Shown here one piece after another: positions 19,558 to 28,787 of a stretch of 64,000 nt of DNA. Source of the DNA: Candidatus Tenderia electrophaga. Lineage in GTDB: Bacteria > Pseudomonadota > Gammaproteobacteria > Tenderiales > Tenderiaceae. Position 1 is the stretch's first letter, and every line of letters begins with the position of its first letter. The stretch lies in contig CP013100.1 in assembly GCA_001447805.1 (NCBI GenBank), forward strand, positions 42,767-106,766. The letters run 5' to 3'. The notes below the pieces were generated by a model that did no database searches, was not told the origin of the DNA, and saw only the letters and a list, made by a program, of their open reading frames with translations. Position numbers and translations under genes: made by a program.

Positions 19558-20289
19558 ATGAAAAAAGTGACATTGTTGACGACGGCGATCTTGGTGTCCG
19601 CATGCGGCGGAGGCGGTGGTGGCGATGAGGGGTCGAATGTTGACACCGTAAATCTCAAGAGTTCGATTAGTACTCCACCTGGTATCTATTCCGGCACGGT
19701 GACACCCACAGGCGGCGCGCCGGACGATGCCGTGGCACTGGTTACTACAGATGATCGTATTGCCATTGTCGATCTTGTGACCTTGGAGGCCTTCATGGGG
19801 AATGTCACGGGGGTTGATGTTGACGGCGCCATGTTTTCCAGTTCTGTTGTGCCGGCCACGGGCAAAGTGACATCGATATCAGGGAATAACATCAACGGCA
19901 CCTATGACAGCTCATTGGGTGGTGGGACTTTCGCTCTTGTGGCGGACCCTAACCTTTATAATCGGGGCGCGAGCCTTAATAAATTGACGGGTGTTTGGGT
20001 AGATTCCATATTTACGAACACTACTGGAACCACAACATGGGTTATTCAGGCGGATGGTTCATTTGCCATGACCTCGACGTCTGGTTGTGCAGCGCAGGGT
20101 GATTTTTCTCTGTTGGACCCGTCTAAAAACGAATACGGAGTCGACATTACCGTAACCAATTGCCTTTCTTATAACGGAACCTATTCCGGAATAGGCGCAT
20201 TATCGGACACCTATAACAATGACGATACGTTGTCTTTCATGTTTAGTAACGGGTCCGTAGCGGGTCTTTTCGAGCCAGTCAAACAATAG
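19558..20289 (+). CDS. Lipoprotein (243 aa)
   Basis: Lipobox LVSAC followed by a Gly-rich linker GGGGGGD. SD aaaggaa upstream. Confidence 0.65.
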   Translation: MKKVTLLTTAILVSACGGGGGGDEGSNVDTVNLKSSISTPPGIYSGTVTPTGGAPDDAVALVTTDDRIAIVDLVTLEAFMGNVTGVDVDGAMFSSSVVPATGKVTSISGNNINGTYDSSLGGGTFALVADPNLYNRGASLNKLTGVWVDSIFTNTTGTTTWVIQADGSFAMTSTSGCAAQGDFSLLDPSKNEYGVDITVTNCLSYNGTYSGIGALSDTYNNDDTLSFMFSNGSVAGLFEPVKQ

Positions 20290-20632
20290 TGGATTTTAAC
20301 AATAGAACTAATTGTATAGCTGTTTCATTCAATCATTGTCGACTGGTGGGTCGACAATGGTTCGGGCGATGATTCGGGTGAAGTGTGGCCCGTTAATTTT
20401 TTTTGAAATCGGCTAACAGAATTCCGGATTGTCATTGCATGTTGTTCAGGTCCATTGGCGAGGTAATAGCCATTTATCTAGTAGACACATATTAGTGAGT
20501 GCATCACCTCGCTTTCCAATCTTGCAAAAATTGTAATGGCGAAGCGTGGAAGACCGATAGGTAGTTCTGCATTCGCCTTTTCATCGTTGTATTGCGAAAT
20601 TCACTATAGTAGTATTTTTGGGCAAGGGGGTA

Positions 20633-21262
20633 ATGGTGAAGAATCCACGTACGGCACGAGTTTTAGAAAAGGCGAAAAGTGCGGCGACAATTCGTCTGTC
20701 AAAAGCTGATCGCTCATTCCTTCAAGATCTATCCAAGACGCTCATCATCGATGAAATAACAGCGAACCAGTGGCACTACGTGGACCGAAAACATGGGGCG
20801 CGGCGGCGATTGGATAAGTTGGTGGACGCTGGAATTCTGGAGCGCGTCGACATCGGTGCGCCCAAAGGTATGGAAAAAATCACCGCTTGGCAGTTCGCCA
20901 ATAAGGCGGTCGCCAGGGCCTGGGGGGGAGACGTGCCTGGGGTAGGGGGCAACCGAAGCCATTTCCATGAATTACTGGCAGGGCGCGCGTATTTCGAGCT
21001 GGGGCGCCCGCAAGAATTTCGCACAGCCAGTTGTTTTACCGCCGATGACAAGTTGCTGTTCGGTAGCATTGCTCCGGATGCCATCGCCAAAGGGGCAAGT
21101 GGAGAGTCGATCCTGGTCGAGGCAGACAGTGGTCACTACACCAAACGACAGATTCAGCAAAAACAACTTGCTTGGCAGCATCAGCGCCAATTATGGATCC
21201 AGCCGAGGAACGCCATGGCCAGGGTTCCGCTGGGAGCGAGTGTTACCGCAGTGCGTATCTAG
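20633..21262 (+). CDS. wHTH protein, Replic_Relax (replication-relaxation)-like, paralog 1
   Basis: N-terminal pattern LSKADRSFLQDLSKTLIIDEITANQW...ARRRLDKLVDAGILERV is typical of the replication-relaxation family. It is the first gene of the transfer operon. Confidence 0.45.
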   Translation: MVKNPRTARVLEKAKSAATIRLSKADRSFLQDLSKTLIIDEITANQWHYVDRKHGARRRLDKLVDAGILERVDIGAPKGMEKITAWQFANKAVARAWGGDVPGVGGNRSHFHELLAGRAYFELGRPQEFRTASCFTADDKLLFGSIAPDAIAKGASGESILVEADSGHYTKRQIQQKQLAWQHQRQLWIQPRNAMARVPLGASVTAVRI

Positions 21263-21353
21263 TGCCGTCGGCACATCGCTGTTTTTAAAAAAATAAATAC
21301 CAAATTGGGCCGAGCGGATGGTCCACCAAAAAGCAATAAGAAAGGAAGAGTAG

Positions 21354-22430
21354 GTGAGTCTCGAGCAGTTGATTGCGGCAAAACGCGAAAGAATAAACCA
21401 GCAACAACAGGACGACAGGGGTCAAATAAAGCACGAACAAGATTACTCCACGGAACAATCACATCGAGTTGAACCAGTTAATGTGGCTTCAGTTCGTCAT
21501 GATGACCCGGATGCCGTCGTTATCGATATCGATTTAATCGATATTCACGCCCAAGTTCGACAAGAATACGATTCACGCGCTTTGGAAGCGCTGGCGGATG
21601 ACATTGCCGCCCATGGCCAGGACTCACCGATCTTGGTACGTCCAGCGGGGAACGGCCGGTACGAGCTCGTCGCCGGTGAACGACGTCTACGGGCCAAGCG
21701 GATATTGCAACGACGCGAACCGGATGTATCCGCGCATCACAAAATTCGCGCGACCTTAAAAGCGCTAGACGACGAACAAAAAACCAATCGCCAGCTGGCG
21801 GAAAATATTCAACGAGAGGATCTCAAACCACTGGAGATCGCCCGCGCCTTGGTAAACCAAAAAGAGGTCCATGGCTACACGGATGCGCAACTAGCGGATA
21901 AGATCAACAAGGACCGTAGTTACGTCACCCGCCACCTGGGCCTGCTCGGCCTGTCTCCCGAGCTTCAGTATTTGATCGAGATCGATGAGGTCAAACCGCG
22001 GCCGGCCTTAAAGCATAGGGACAAGCTTGTACAGTCGGCTCTTGATGAGATGCCTCAAGGTCTTCGTGATCAAGTGGCGCAGGGTGAGCTAACAACTCTG
22101 GCTGCGCTTAAGGCGCGGGCGTCATGGCAAGCCGCCGATGGCCAATCGGCCGAGCATGAGTCCCATGGCGGCGACAGGGCCCTGAATAGCGGTGCGGTGC
22201 CAACACGGGTGTCGCGGGCTGCTTCAGCGAGGGCGTCGAGACTTTCTGTATCCATGCCAGCGGCGGAGGCCTTGGCCGATTTATTGGGACTGCTGGCCGA
22301 AGATATGGCGCTTAACCCTATCAAGGTCAGCAAGCAAAAAGGCAAGCCGGTGCGTAAAGAGCTATTGGCGACGCTAGAGACACGTGCACAGGACGTCTTG
22401 CAGGCGTACCGCGGCAAGATTGCAAGCTAG
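21354..22430 (+). CDS. ParB-like/KorB-like DNA-binding protein (third ParB paralog)
   Basis: DSPILVRPAGNGRYELVAGERRLRAKRI and QLAENIQREDLKPLEIARAL. The C-terminus is Ala/Ser-rich. Confidence 0.75.
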   Translation: MSLEQLIAAKRERINQQQQDDRGQIKHEQDYSTEQSHRVEPVNVASVRHDDPDAVVIDIDLIDIHAQVRQEYDSRALEALADDIAAHGQDSPILVRPAGNGRYELVAGERRLRAKRILQRREPDVSAHHKIRATLKALDDEQKTNRQLAENIQREDLKPLEIARALVNQKEVHGYTDAQLADKINKDRSYVTRHLGLLGLSPELQYLIEIDEVKPRPALKHRDKLVQSALDEMPQGLRDQVAQGELTTLAALKARASWQAADGQSAEHESHGGDRALNSGAVPTRVSRAASARASRLSVSMPAAEALADLLGLLAEDMALNPIKVSKQKGKPVRKELLATLETRAQDVLQAYRGKIAS

Positions 22431-22436
22431 AGCATC

Positions 22437-23183
22437 ATGCTCAAGCAACGGGAGTTGGACACCCTGCAGGTGTTGGGGCGGCTCATGTATGCCACGCCCG
22501 GCCAGCTTGACGCTTGGGGTATTCCCCAATACGCGGTCTCGCGCATGTTGCCCAAGCTGGAACGGCTCGGCCTGGTGCAGGTCAACCGCGCGGTGCGCCC
22601 CAACATCATCGCCCTGACCCACAAGGGAGGTGGCGTGGTGGATCGGCCATTGCCTTCCGGCAAGAGTTATACCTCCTGGGCAGTCATGGCACATCGCTGT
22701 ATGCGCAACGAAGTCGAGCTCGCGCTTCGCCTGCGTCACCCCCGTTTCACCTTCTTCAGCCGTAAATACGCGTTTGCACGCGGCCTCAATCCGGCCCGTA
22801 GCGAACACGGCGGCTCGGATGAACACGGCAAGGTCTACCTGGTGGTGATCGATGATTACTTCATGCAGCCGCGCCGTCTGGCCCACTGCTGGACGCGTCG
22901 CCACAGTCCCAATCCCCGTTACTATCAAGACACTGCCGGGCGCAGTTGGCAGGACGTCTCTGACGAACTCATCGTCGTATCTAACGATACTCATCAAGCA
23001 GCACGCCACCGCCAGTTTCTGGGCAAATGCGCCGCCATTCGTGAGATGACGCGGGCGGGTGCGCCGCGGGCGCAGATCCGCGACCAATTTGGTCTCAAGA
23101 CCCTCGATACCATCGAGCAATATATCAGCCTGCCCGAAAAGGTCGGCGTGCAAGAGATGACACCACTGTGGGAATTACGCTGA
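22437..23183 (+). CDS. wHTH protein, Replic_Relax-like, paralog 2
   Basis: MLKQRELDTLQVLGRLMYATPGQLDAW...MLPKLERLGLVQVNR. Its stop overlaps the T4CP start. Confidence 0.45.
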   Translation: MLKQRELDTLQVLGRLMYATPGQLDAWGIPQYAVSRMLPKLERLGLVQVNRAVRPNIIALTHKGGGVVDRPLPSGKSYTSWAVMAHRCMRNEVELALRLRHPRFTFFSRKYAFARGLNPARSEHGGSDEHGKVYLVVIDDYFMQPRRLAHCWTRRHSPNPRYYQDTAGRSWQDVSDELIVVSNDTHQAARHRQFLGKCAAIREMTRAGAPRAQIRDQFGLKTLDTIEQYISLPEKVGVQEMTPLWELR

Positions 23184-24778
23184 TGCGCGTGGTGAGTTTG
23201 ATTCTTCTGGCCGGCGTGGCGTTCAACCTGTTCCTGATGGGGTGGTTCTTCTCCGCCTGGTGGAGTGTCGCCCTGGGTGTTGTTATCGCTGCCATGGGCA
23301 GCGTTCTGTTGCGCCGCTGGTATCGTAGCCGACCGCTCCAGTCGGCGACGGCGGGATGGCGCATCGGCGACGCCATTGAACTGAGCAATCCTTATACGCC
23401 CCGGCGAGTGAACGACGCGGTCCTGCCGGTGGCCTACATGGGCCTGGGCGCCCTGTGCCTGGGTTCGCCCAAGGCGGGCAAGACAGAGTCCATGCTGCTC
23501 GGCATCCTGGACAAAATGGAATCGTTTTGGCCGGGTTCCGGCTACGCCGTGTTCGAGGGCAAGGGCGATATCGATATATATAAGAAGAAGGTCGCCAGCA
23601 GCGGCGCGCCGGATTATTTCTTCTCCTCCGAGCTCCCCGGCACCCATAGCGTCAATCTTCTGGACGGCGAAGCCAATGATGTCGTGGACCGTCTGACCCA
23701 CAGTCTGATTGGCCACACCCAGTCGACGTCGTTCTATAGTGATGAGCAGCTGGCCAAGTTGCTACTCGTGGTGCCGATCCTCAAGGGCCTGGGCATGCCG
23801 GTCAATCTAAGGGACCTGTATACCGCCGTGGCGGTGGAGGATGCCGAGATCGAGCTGCTGCGCCTGGCCAAGGGCGCCGGTGTCGACCCGGTGGCGCTGT
23901 CGATGTACGAAAACTGGATCAAGAGCGACGAGCATGAGAATCGCCGCGCTGTGCTGCAGGGCCTATTGAACCGCTTGTTTCCGTTTGTCTACGGCCCGCA
24001 CACCGATCGGCTCAACGACTATGCCCCGGACATCAAGGTGGCCGAAATTGTGGAGCAGGGGAGAGGTGTCTATTTCCACCTGCCATTGACCAAGTTTTCC
24101 AAGACAGTCGCGGTGGCCTTGGTGGAGATGTTCAATGTGGAAGCCCGGCGGCGCCAACTGGCAGGCGCCGATGGGTCCGAGCCGTTTCCGCTATTCATGG
24201 ATGATTGGGGTGACTTCTTTCATGCCAACTTCGGCCCGTTCTCGGCACGTTGCCGCAGCGCCGCCATGCCGCTATTTTTCTCGTTCCAGAGTCTTGCCCA
24301 GCTGGAGTCGGTCTCGCCCGCCTTCAAGGACGAGCTCGATGACACCATCGCCAACAAGATCGTGCTGCGCGTCATGGGCGATAGCACTTCCCATTACGCC
24401 GTGCGTCTTATGGGCGAATACGAGCGTACCGAACTGGGCAGCTCAGATCTCGATGGCCGTGATGGCGTCAGTCTGATGAACCGCATGGTATTTCGCACCA
24501 GCTCCCAGGATTTCAAACAGCTGCGTCCGGGTGAGGCCTATATCTCGACCCTGATGGATGTCGCCGGCGACACACTCAATCCGATCTTCAAGACCCGCCT
24601 GCCGTTGGCGGACTTTAGCGAATGGCAGAACGTGGCCATGCCCGATCCAGTTCAAGACAAAGTGGCGGGACGCGGCCTGGATCTCTGGGGCAAATACATG
24701 GACCCGGCCACTATGGACGCGATCCAGGCCGAGGCCGAGCACCTGGCCGATCCCGAGCAATACCGGGAGGTGGTGTGA
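23183..24778 (+). CDS. Type IV coupling protein (VirD4/TraD-like)
   Basis: Two N-terminal TM helices, Walker A GSPKAGKTES, Walker B-like FPLFMDDWGDFF. It sits directly upstream of the mating-pair-formation genes. Confidence 0.75.
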   Translation: MRVVSLILLAGVAFNLFLMGWFFSAWWSVALGVVIAAMGSVLLRRWYRSRPLQSATAGWRIGDAIELSNPYTPRRVNDAVLPVAYMGLGALCLGSPKAGKTESMLLGILDKMESFWPGSGYAVFEGKGDIDIYKKKVASSGAPDYFFSSELPGTHSVNLLDGEANDVVDRLTHSLIGHTQSTSFYSDEQLAKLLLVVPILKGLGMPVNLRDLYTAVAVEDAEIELLRLAKGAGVDPVALSMYENWIKSDEHENRRAVLQGLLNRLFPFVYGPHTDRLNDYAPDIKVAEIVEQGRGVYFHLPLTKFSKTVAVALVEMFNVEARRRQLAGADGSEPFPLFMDDWGDFFHANFGPFSARCRSAAMPLFFSFQSLAQLESVSPAFKDELDDTIANKIVLRVMGDSTSHYAVRLMGEYERTELGSSDLDGRDGVSLMNRMVFRTSSQDFKQLRPGEAYISTLMDVAGDTLNPIFKTRLPLADFSEWQNVAMPDPVQDKVAGRGLDLWGKYMDPATMDAIQAEAEHLADPEQYREVV

Positions 24779-25140
24779 TGCTGACCTGGATCCGCGTCTG
24801 GGTGATTTGCCCGGCCCCATTGATACCACTCTTTCTCGTGGGCTGTTTCCCGTCGTTTCAATTCAGGGGTGAGATGGTGCACGGCGGCATTATTCGCCAA
24901 TGGTTTGTCAATCACGCGGCCTTGCCAGTGTTGCCCCATAACTGGGCTATGCAGCTGGCTCAGTGGTTCGAGCAGGCCAGTTACGCCCAAGAGCTGATAC
25001 TGCACCTGATCATCTCGGTCGACCTCACTGTGCTGTTGTTGCCCCTGACGTTTCTCATCGGACAAGCCTCGATCTCCATCAGCGCATGGGTGTCCACCAC
25101 CGATCATTCATTGAAGACACAACAAGTTAGACAAAAATAA
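24778..25140 (+). CDS. Small hydrophobic protein (about 120 aa)
   Basis: The ATG overlaps the T4CP stop (TGATG). Hydrophobic segments at the N-terminus and near the C-terminus. Confidence 0.4.
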   Translation: MLTWIRVWVICPAPLIPLFLVGCFPSFQFRGEMVHGGIIRQWFVNHAALPVLPHNWAMQLAQWFEQASYAQELILHLIISVDLTVLLLPLTFLIGQASISISAWVSTTDHSLKTQQVRQK

Positions 25141-25152
25141 GGAGTTGCAAAG

Positions 25153-25467
25153 ATGAAACATCTATTTTCCGTGTTGGTGGTAGTCGGCGTCGTGTGGCTT
25201 GCCCTGCCCGATGCCGCCATTGCTGAGGTGAAGCTGCCCAGCTACGCCAGCAGCGGTTCTGCGGATAGCCAAGCCCAATCGGTCGGCAAGAAGGTCACTG
25301 ACTTTCTCTCCCTCGGTGTGGGCATCCTGGCCATCATCGGCATGCTGGCGGGTGCCGGTTTCTTTTCCATGGGGAATCGTGATCGCGGCTGGCAATTTCT
25401 CTCCGGCGGTTTTGTGGCACTGGTGATCGCCGGGCTGGTCTATGGCATCGCGGGGCTCGCCGCCTGA
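25153..25467 (+). CDS. VirB2/TrbC-like pilin
   Basis: 104 aa: signal peptide ...LPDAAIA, then two hydrophobic helices. SD aaggag upstream. Position is immediately before the VirB3/VirB4-like genes. Confidence 0.6.
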   Translation: MKHLFSVLVVVGVVWLALPDAAIAEVKLPSYASSGSADSQAQSVGKKVTDFLSLGVGILAIIGMLAGAGFFSMGNRDRGWQFLSGGFVALVIAGLVYGIAGLAA

Positions 25468-25469
25468 TC

Positions 25470-25748
25470 ATGCCTGCCTTCAACGCCCGCCTGCGTCCCA
25501 AGGAGCTGTTCGGCCTGCCGCTGCAGGGTGTCATCAGCGGCCTGGTGGCCTTGGCCAGCGGATTCCTGGCGCTGACCTTTCCGCTGCTGCCGGTGAAGAT
25601 CCTGCTGGGCCTGGTGGCGCTGTTGGCGTTTGGCGCGATGATTGTGCTATTCGCCCTGGGTGAAGAGCTGGCCTTCCTGCGAGTGCGTTGGCTGGCCAAA
25701 CGAGAACGCCATGCCATCACCTACGAGGCCGGGCGTCAGCACCAGTGA
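25470..25748 (+). CDS. VirB3-like small membrane protein
   Basis: 92 aa with a hydrophobic core. Translationally coupled to the VirB4-like gene (GTGA overlap at 25745). Confidence 0.55.
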   Translation: MPAFNARLRPKELFGLPLQGVISGLVALASGFLALTFPLLPVKILLGLVALLAFGAMIVLFALGEELAFLRVRWLAKRERHAITYEAGRQHQ

Positions 25749-28117
25749 GCTATCACCGTCATTACACCTGGAGCCATCCCTTGACCGCTTCGGTCATTGC
25801 CCATAGCGATGGGGCGGTGTCGGTGATGGTGGTCTGGGACGGACTGGACAGTGAACTACTCACCGACACCCAGCGCCAGCAGCAGTTCTTCAACCTGTAT
25901 CAGTTGCTGAACCGCTTCGAGCGCGGCTATGTAGCGGAATTCCACCTCTGGCGCGAATATGACGCCAGCCTGGCGCGCGAATACATAGAGCGGGGCGGGG
26001 CGATGGAGCGCGGGCAGGCCTTCGCCGCGCCCTTGCGCCAGGACATGGCCGAACATCTAGCGAATATGGCCATGGCCAACCGGGTGGCCCTGGTGGTGAC
26101 CAAGCGCCCCGCCCACCGCCCCTTGTTTGCGCGCAAGGCGCTGGTCAGGCAATCCCGCGATGCCTTGGCCCTGGAGGCCTATGTCCAAGGCCTGCTGCGC
26201 TTCCTTCCCGCTGGACGCCTGGCCACGCTTGAGGAGTACGCGGCCCGCGTACAGCAGAGTTTATACCGCCCCGCTTATATCACCGATCGCAGGCCAAGGG
26301 TGGACCAGCGCTACTCGCTGCGCGAGCAATGGGTGAGAGAGAAGCCCGCTATCGAAGGGGCGATGCTGCAATGCCAGGACCAACACACCAAGGTGCTATT
26401 TCTATACATGTACCCGGATGCGGCGCCGGCCTGGTTCGCCGGCATGGCGGCCTTGCCCTGCCCCCTGCACGTGAGCCACATCGTCGAGGCCGTCGACACC
26501 AAGGCGGCCATGCGCAAGAGCGAAGGCGAATCGGATCTGGCCGAAGGCCTTATGTCGCGCCGCGGTCGCGACTATTCCGCCAAGGGGCTCAGTGACCTGT
26601 CCGCTTTTCGCCAGTTCGTGGCCGACAACAACCTGGGTATCTATAAAAACGCCTATATCATCCATCTGCACGGCACAGAGATGCAGGTTAGCAGCGCAGC
26701 CAACAGTATCGCCGACTGGGTCGAGACCCACGGCGGCCAGGTGCGCAGCGCCGATTATATCCAGCTGCCCTATTTCCGGGTCGGCCAACCGGGGCAAGGT
26801 TATCGTTCGCCCATGTTGCGCCCCGATGACCAGATGCAGGTGGCCGACATGTTACCGGTGCAAGTCTACAACTCGGGCGAGCGCCATCCCGAATCGCTGC
26901 GCATCGGCGCGGCGGGCCAGCTGGTCGGATTCAATTACACGTCCCTGAAGCTCTCCCATGGCGTCACCAGCGCCAAGACCGGCATGGGCAAGGGCGTGGA
27001 TAAGGTGGCGACCATTCTGGAGACCTATCCGTTTGGCGTGGATTGGTATATCGCGGAGATCGGCGAGAGCTATCGCTGGGTGGTTGAGGGCTTTGGCGGC
27101 AGTTATTCCAAGGTCGATCCCAATGAAACCGTGATCAATCCCTTGCCGCCTTACACCATGGCCACCACCGACGCAGGCAGCTTGCCCCTGGACGCCATCG
27201 TGGCCGGCGGCACGGTGCAGGCCCTGGCCTTCATCCTGGCCGACGGCAAGACCTCCCTGGATGTCCATCAGGAGGCGGCGGCGCAAACCGCCCTGCAGCT
27301 GCTCTATGCGGTCCCGGCAAAGCAGGCGGCGCCGACCCTGGACAAGCTTCTTCTCGAGCTGCAAGACACTGGCAACTTCGGCAGCGAACCGCAGCTTAAG
27401 GCGGCCCAGGTCATGGCCAGCAATTTAGAGAGCTTTCTCCATACCACGGAGGGACGGCTTTTCACCCGGCAGGACAATCTCAGCCTCAGCGAGGGCATCA
27501 CCGGTGTCGACCTGAAGGACGTGGATAAGGCCTCGCCCAAGCTGCTGCAGTTTTACTTGGTCTTTTTGTCGTTGCGCTACTCTCATCTGGCCTTCGCCCG
27601 GCGGCGACCGGCACGGGTCCTGCTGGACGAAATGCACAAGTTCGTGCGCGTGGCGCCTGAGGTGGTGGGGCGGCTGATCTCCGAGCTGGCGCGCATGGGG
27701 CGCAAGGATGCCGGGGCCATCGACCTGGTGACCCAGGGGATCCACGAGATCGATACCATCGAATCCGAGGTGCTCAACTCCATGTCCCTGTATTCACTGC
27801 TCTACCGCGAGGACGAGCATGACGAGATCGCCCAGCGCCTCAATATGCCCGCCGGCGCCCTGGAGACATGGCGTGCCTATCCCTTCCCCATGGAGTTCGA
27901 TTGGCGCCCGGCCCTGCGGGCTGTCGGCGATCGCTATTTCAATCTCCATCTCAGCTTTCCCGCGCGGGTACTGGCCCTGGCCAACACCGATCCGGCCATT
28001 CTCGACCTGAAGACTGCCATTGGTGCACACACCGAGGACCCACTGATGCGCTTGCAGCTGCTGGGTGAGGAGATCCAGACATTGAAGCAGATCAAGGAGC
28101 GGCGTGATGCGGCTTAG
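25745..28117 (+). CDS. VirB4/TrbE-like conjugation ATPase
   Basis: About 790 aa. Walker A-like SAKTGMGKGV, then VDPNETVINPL, then Walker B VLLDEMHKF. I chose the GTG at 25745 rather than the track's 25688, which overlaps the upstream gene. Confidence 0.75.
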   Translation: MSYHRHYTWSHPLTASVIAHSDGAVSVMVVWDGLDSELLTDTQRQQQFFNLYQLLNRFERGYVAEFHLWREYDASLAREYIERGGAMERGQAFAAPLRQDMAEHLANMAMANRVALVVTKRPAHRPLFARKALVRQSRDALALEAYVQGLLRFLPAGRLATLEEYAARVQQSLYRPAYITDRRPRVDQRYSLREQWVREKPAIEGAMLQCQDQHTKVLFLYMYPDAAPAWFAGMAALPCPLHVSHIVEAVDTKAAMRKSEGESDLAEGLMSRRGRDYSAKGLSDLSAFRQFVADNNLGIYKNAYIIHLHGTEMQVSSAANSIADWVETHGGQVRSADYIQLPYFRVGQPGQGYRSPMLRPDDQMQVADMLPVQVYNSGERHPESLRIGAAGQLVGFNYTSLKLSHGVTSAKTGMGKGVDKVATILETYPFGVDWYIAEIGESYRWVVEGFGGSYSKVDPNETVINPLPPYTMATTDAGSLPLDAIVAGGTVQALAFILADGKTSLDVHQEAAAQTALQLLYAVPAKQAAPTLDKLLLELQDTGNFGSEPQLKAAQVMASNLESFLHTTEGRLFTRQDNLSLSEGITGVDLKDVDKASPKLLQFYLVFLSLRYSHLAFARRRPARVLLDEMHKFVRVAPEVVGRLISELARMGRKDAGAIDLVTQGIHEIDTIESEVLNSMSLYSLLYREDEHDEIAQRLNMPAGALETWRAYPFPMEFDWRPALRAVGDRYFNLHLSFPARVLALANTDPAILDLKTAIGAHTEDPLMRLQLLGEEIQTLKQIKERRDAA

Positions 28118-28784
28118 GCGAAGTGGCGTACTGACACTGGCCCTATTATTGGTGGCAAGCCCAGCCAAGGCCAGCATCTTTGGCGAGGAGAATGTCTCCC
28201 TGGCCAAGATGGTTACCCAGCTGGAAGCGATGTACACCAAGATGGTGGATATGGTGCAGGAGGCCAAGGCACAGAACGAGACCCTGTCCAAGGTCAACGA
28301 CGCCATCAAGACCGTCAAAGAAGAAAAGGACGCGGTGGAGAATACCTTCTTGCATAACCTGGATGATGTCTTTCGCCGCGATCTGGGAAACGTCACCGAG
28401 CTGGATGCGCTCTCCGGCATGACCCTGGAAGAAAAACTGCTCACCCTGAGCCGGGAATTGGACCGGCGCCTGGAACAACCGCTCGATGAAGCGGAGCGCG
28501 AGCGCATTGAAGCGCAGCAGCGGCTCATTGAACAGGAGCGCTTCCTGTTACAGCTGGAGCAGGCCAGTCATGAAAATCTGAGCAAGGCGGCCGACGGCGT
28601 CACTGACAAGGAGGCGGCGCAGATCGCGGCCGAGTCCGCCGCCATCTATGCCGCCCTGGCGGCCTCGGAGCGCAGTCGCCAGCTGGCCGAGCAGCGCGAA
28701 GGGGTGGAGGATAGCATTCAGCATGAGCGCATTATCGAGCTGCAGGCGGATATCTTCGGTGCGGCGTCAAGGCGTGAGGAGTAG
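28107..28784 (+). CDS. VirB5/TrbJ-like secreted coiled-coil protein
   Basis: Signal peptide ...ASPAKA/SIF. Helical and coiled-coil composition. Positioned between the VirB4-like and VirB6-like genes. Confidence 0.5.
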   Translation: MRLRRSGVLTLALLLVASPAKASIFGEENVSLAKMVTQLEAMYTKMVDMVQEAKAQNETLSKVNDAIKTVKEEKDAVENTFLHNLDDVFRRDLGNVTELDALSGMTLEEKLLTLSRELDRRLEQPLDEAERERIEAQQRLIEQERFLLQLEQASHENLSKAADGVTDKEAAQIAAESAAIYAALAASERSRQLAEQREGVEDSIQHERIIELQADIFGAASRREE

Positions 28785-28787
28785 GGC

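Noticed and set aside
22374-23716. Long minus-strand ORFs (259 aa at 22374-23153; 240 aa at 22994-23716) opposite the Replic_Relax-like and T4CP genes
   Set aside because: They are antisense to well-supported plus-strand genes in high-GC DNA. Their Arg/Ala/Gly/Pro-rich translations have no motifs. These are typical shadow ORFs.
26067-26078. 12-bp palindrome TGGCCATGGCCA inside the VirB4-like gene as a third parS
   Set aside because: Only the central 12 bp match, they lie within coding sequence (NMAMAN), and the flanking AATT arms are absent. This is probably chance.
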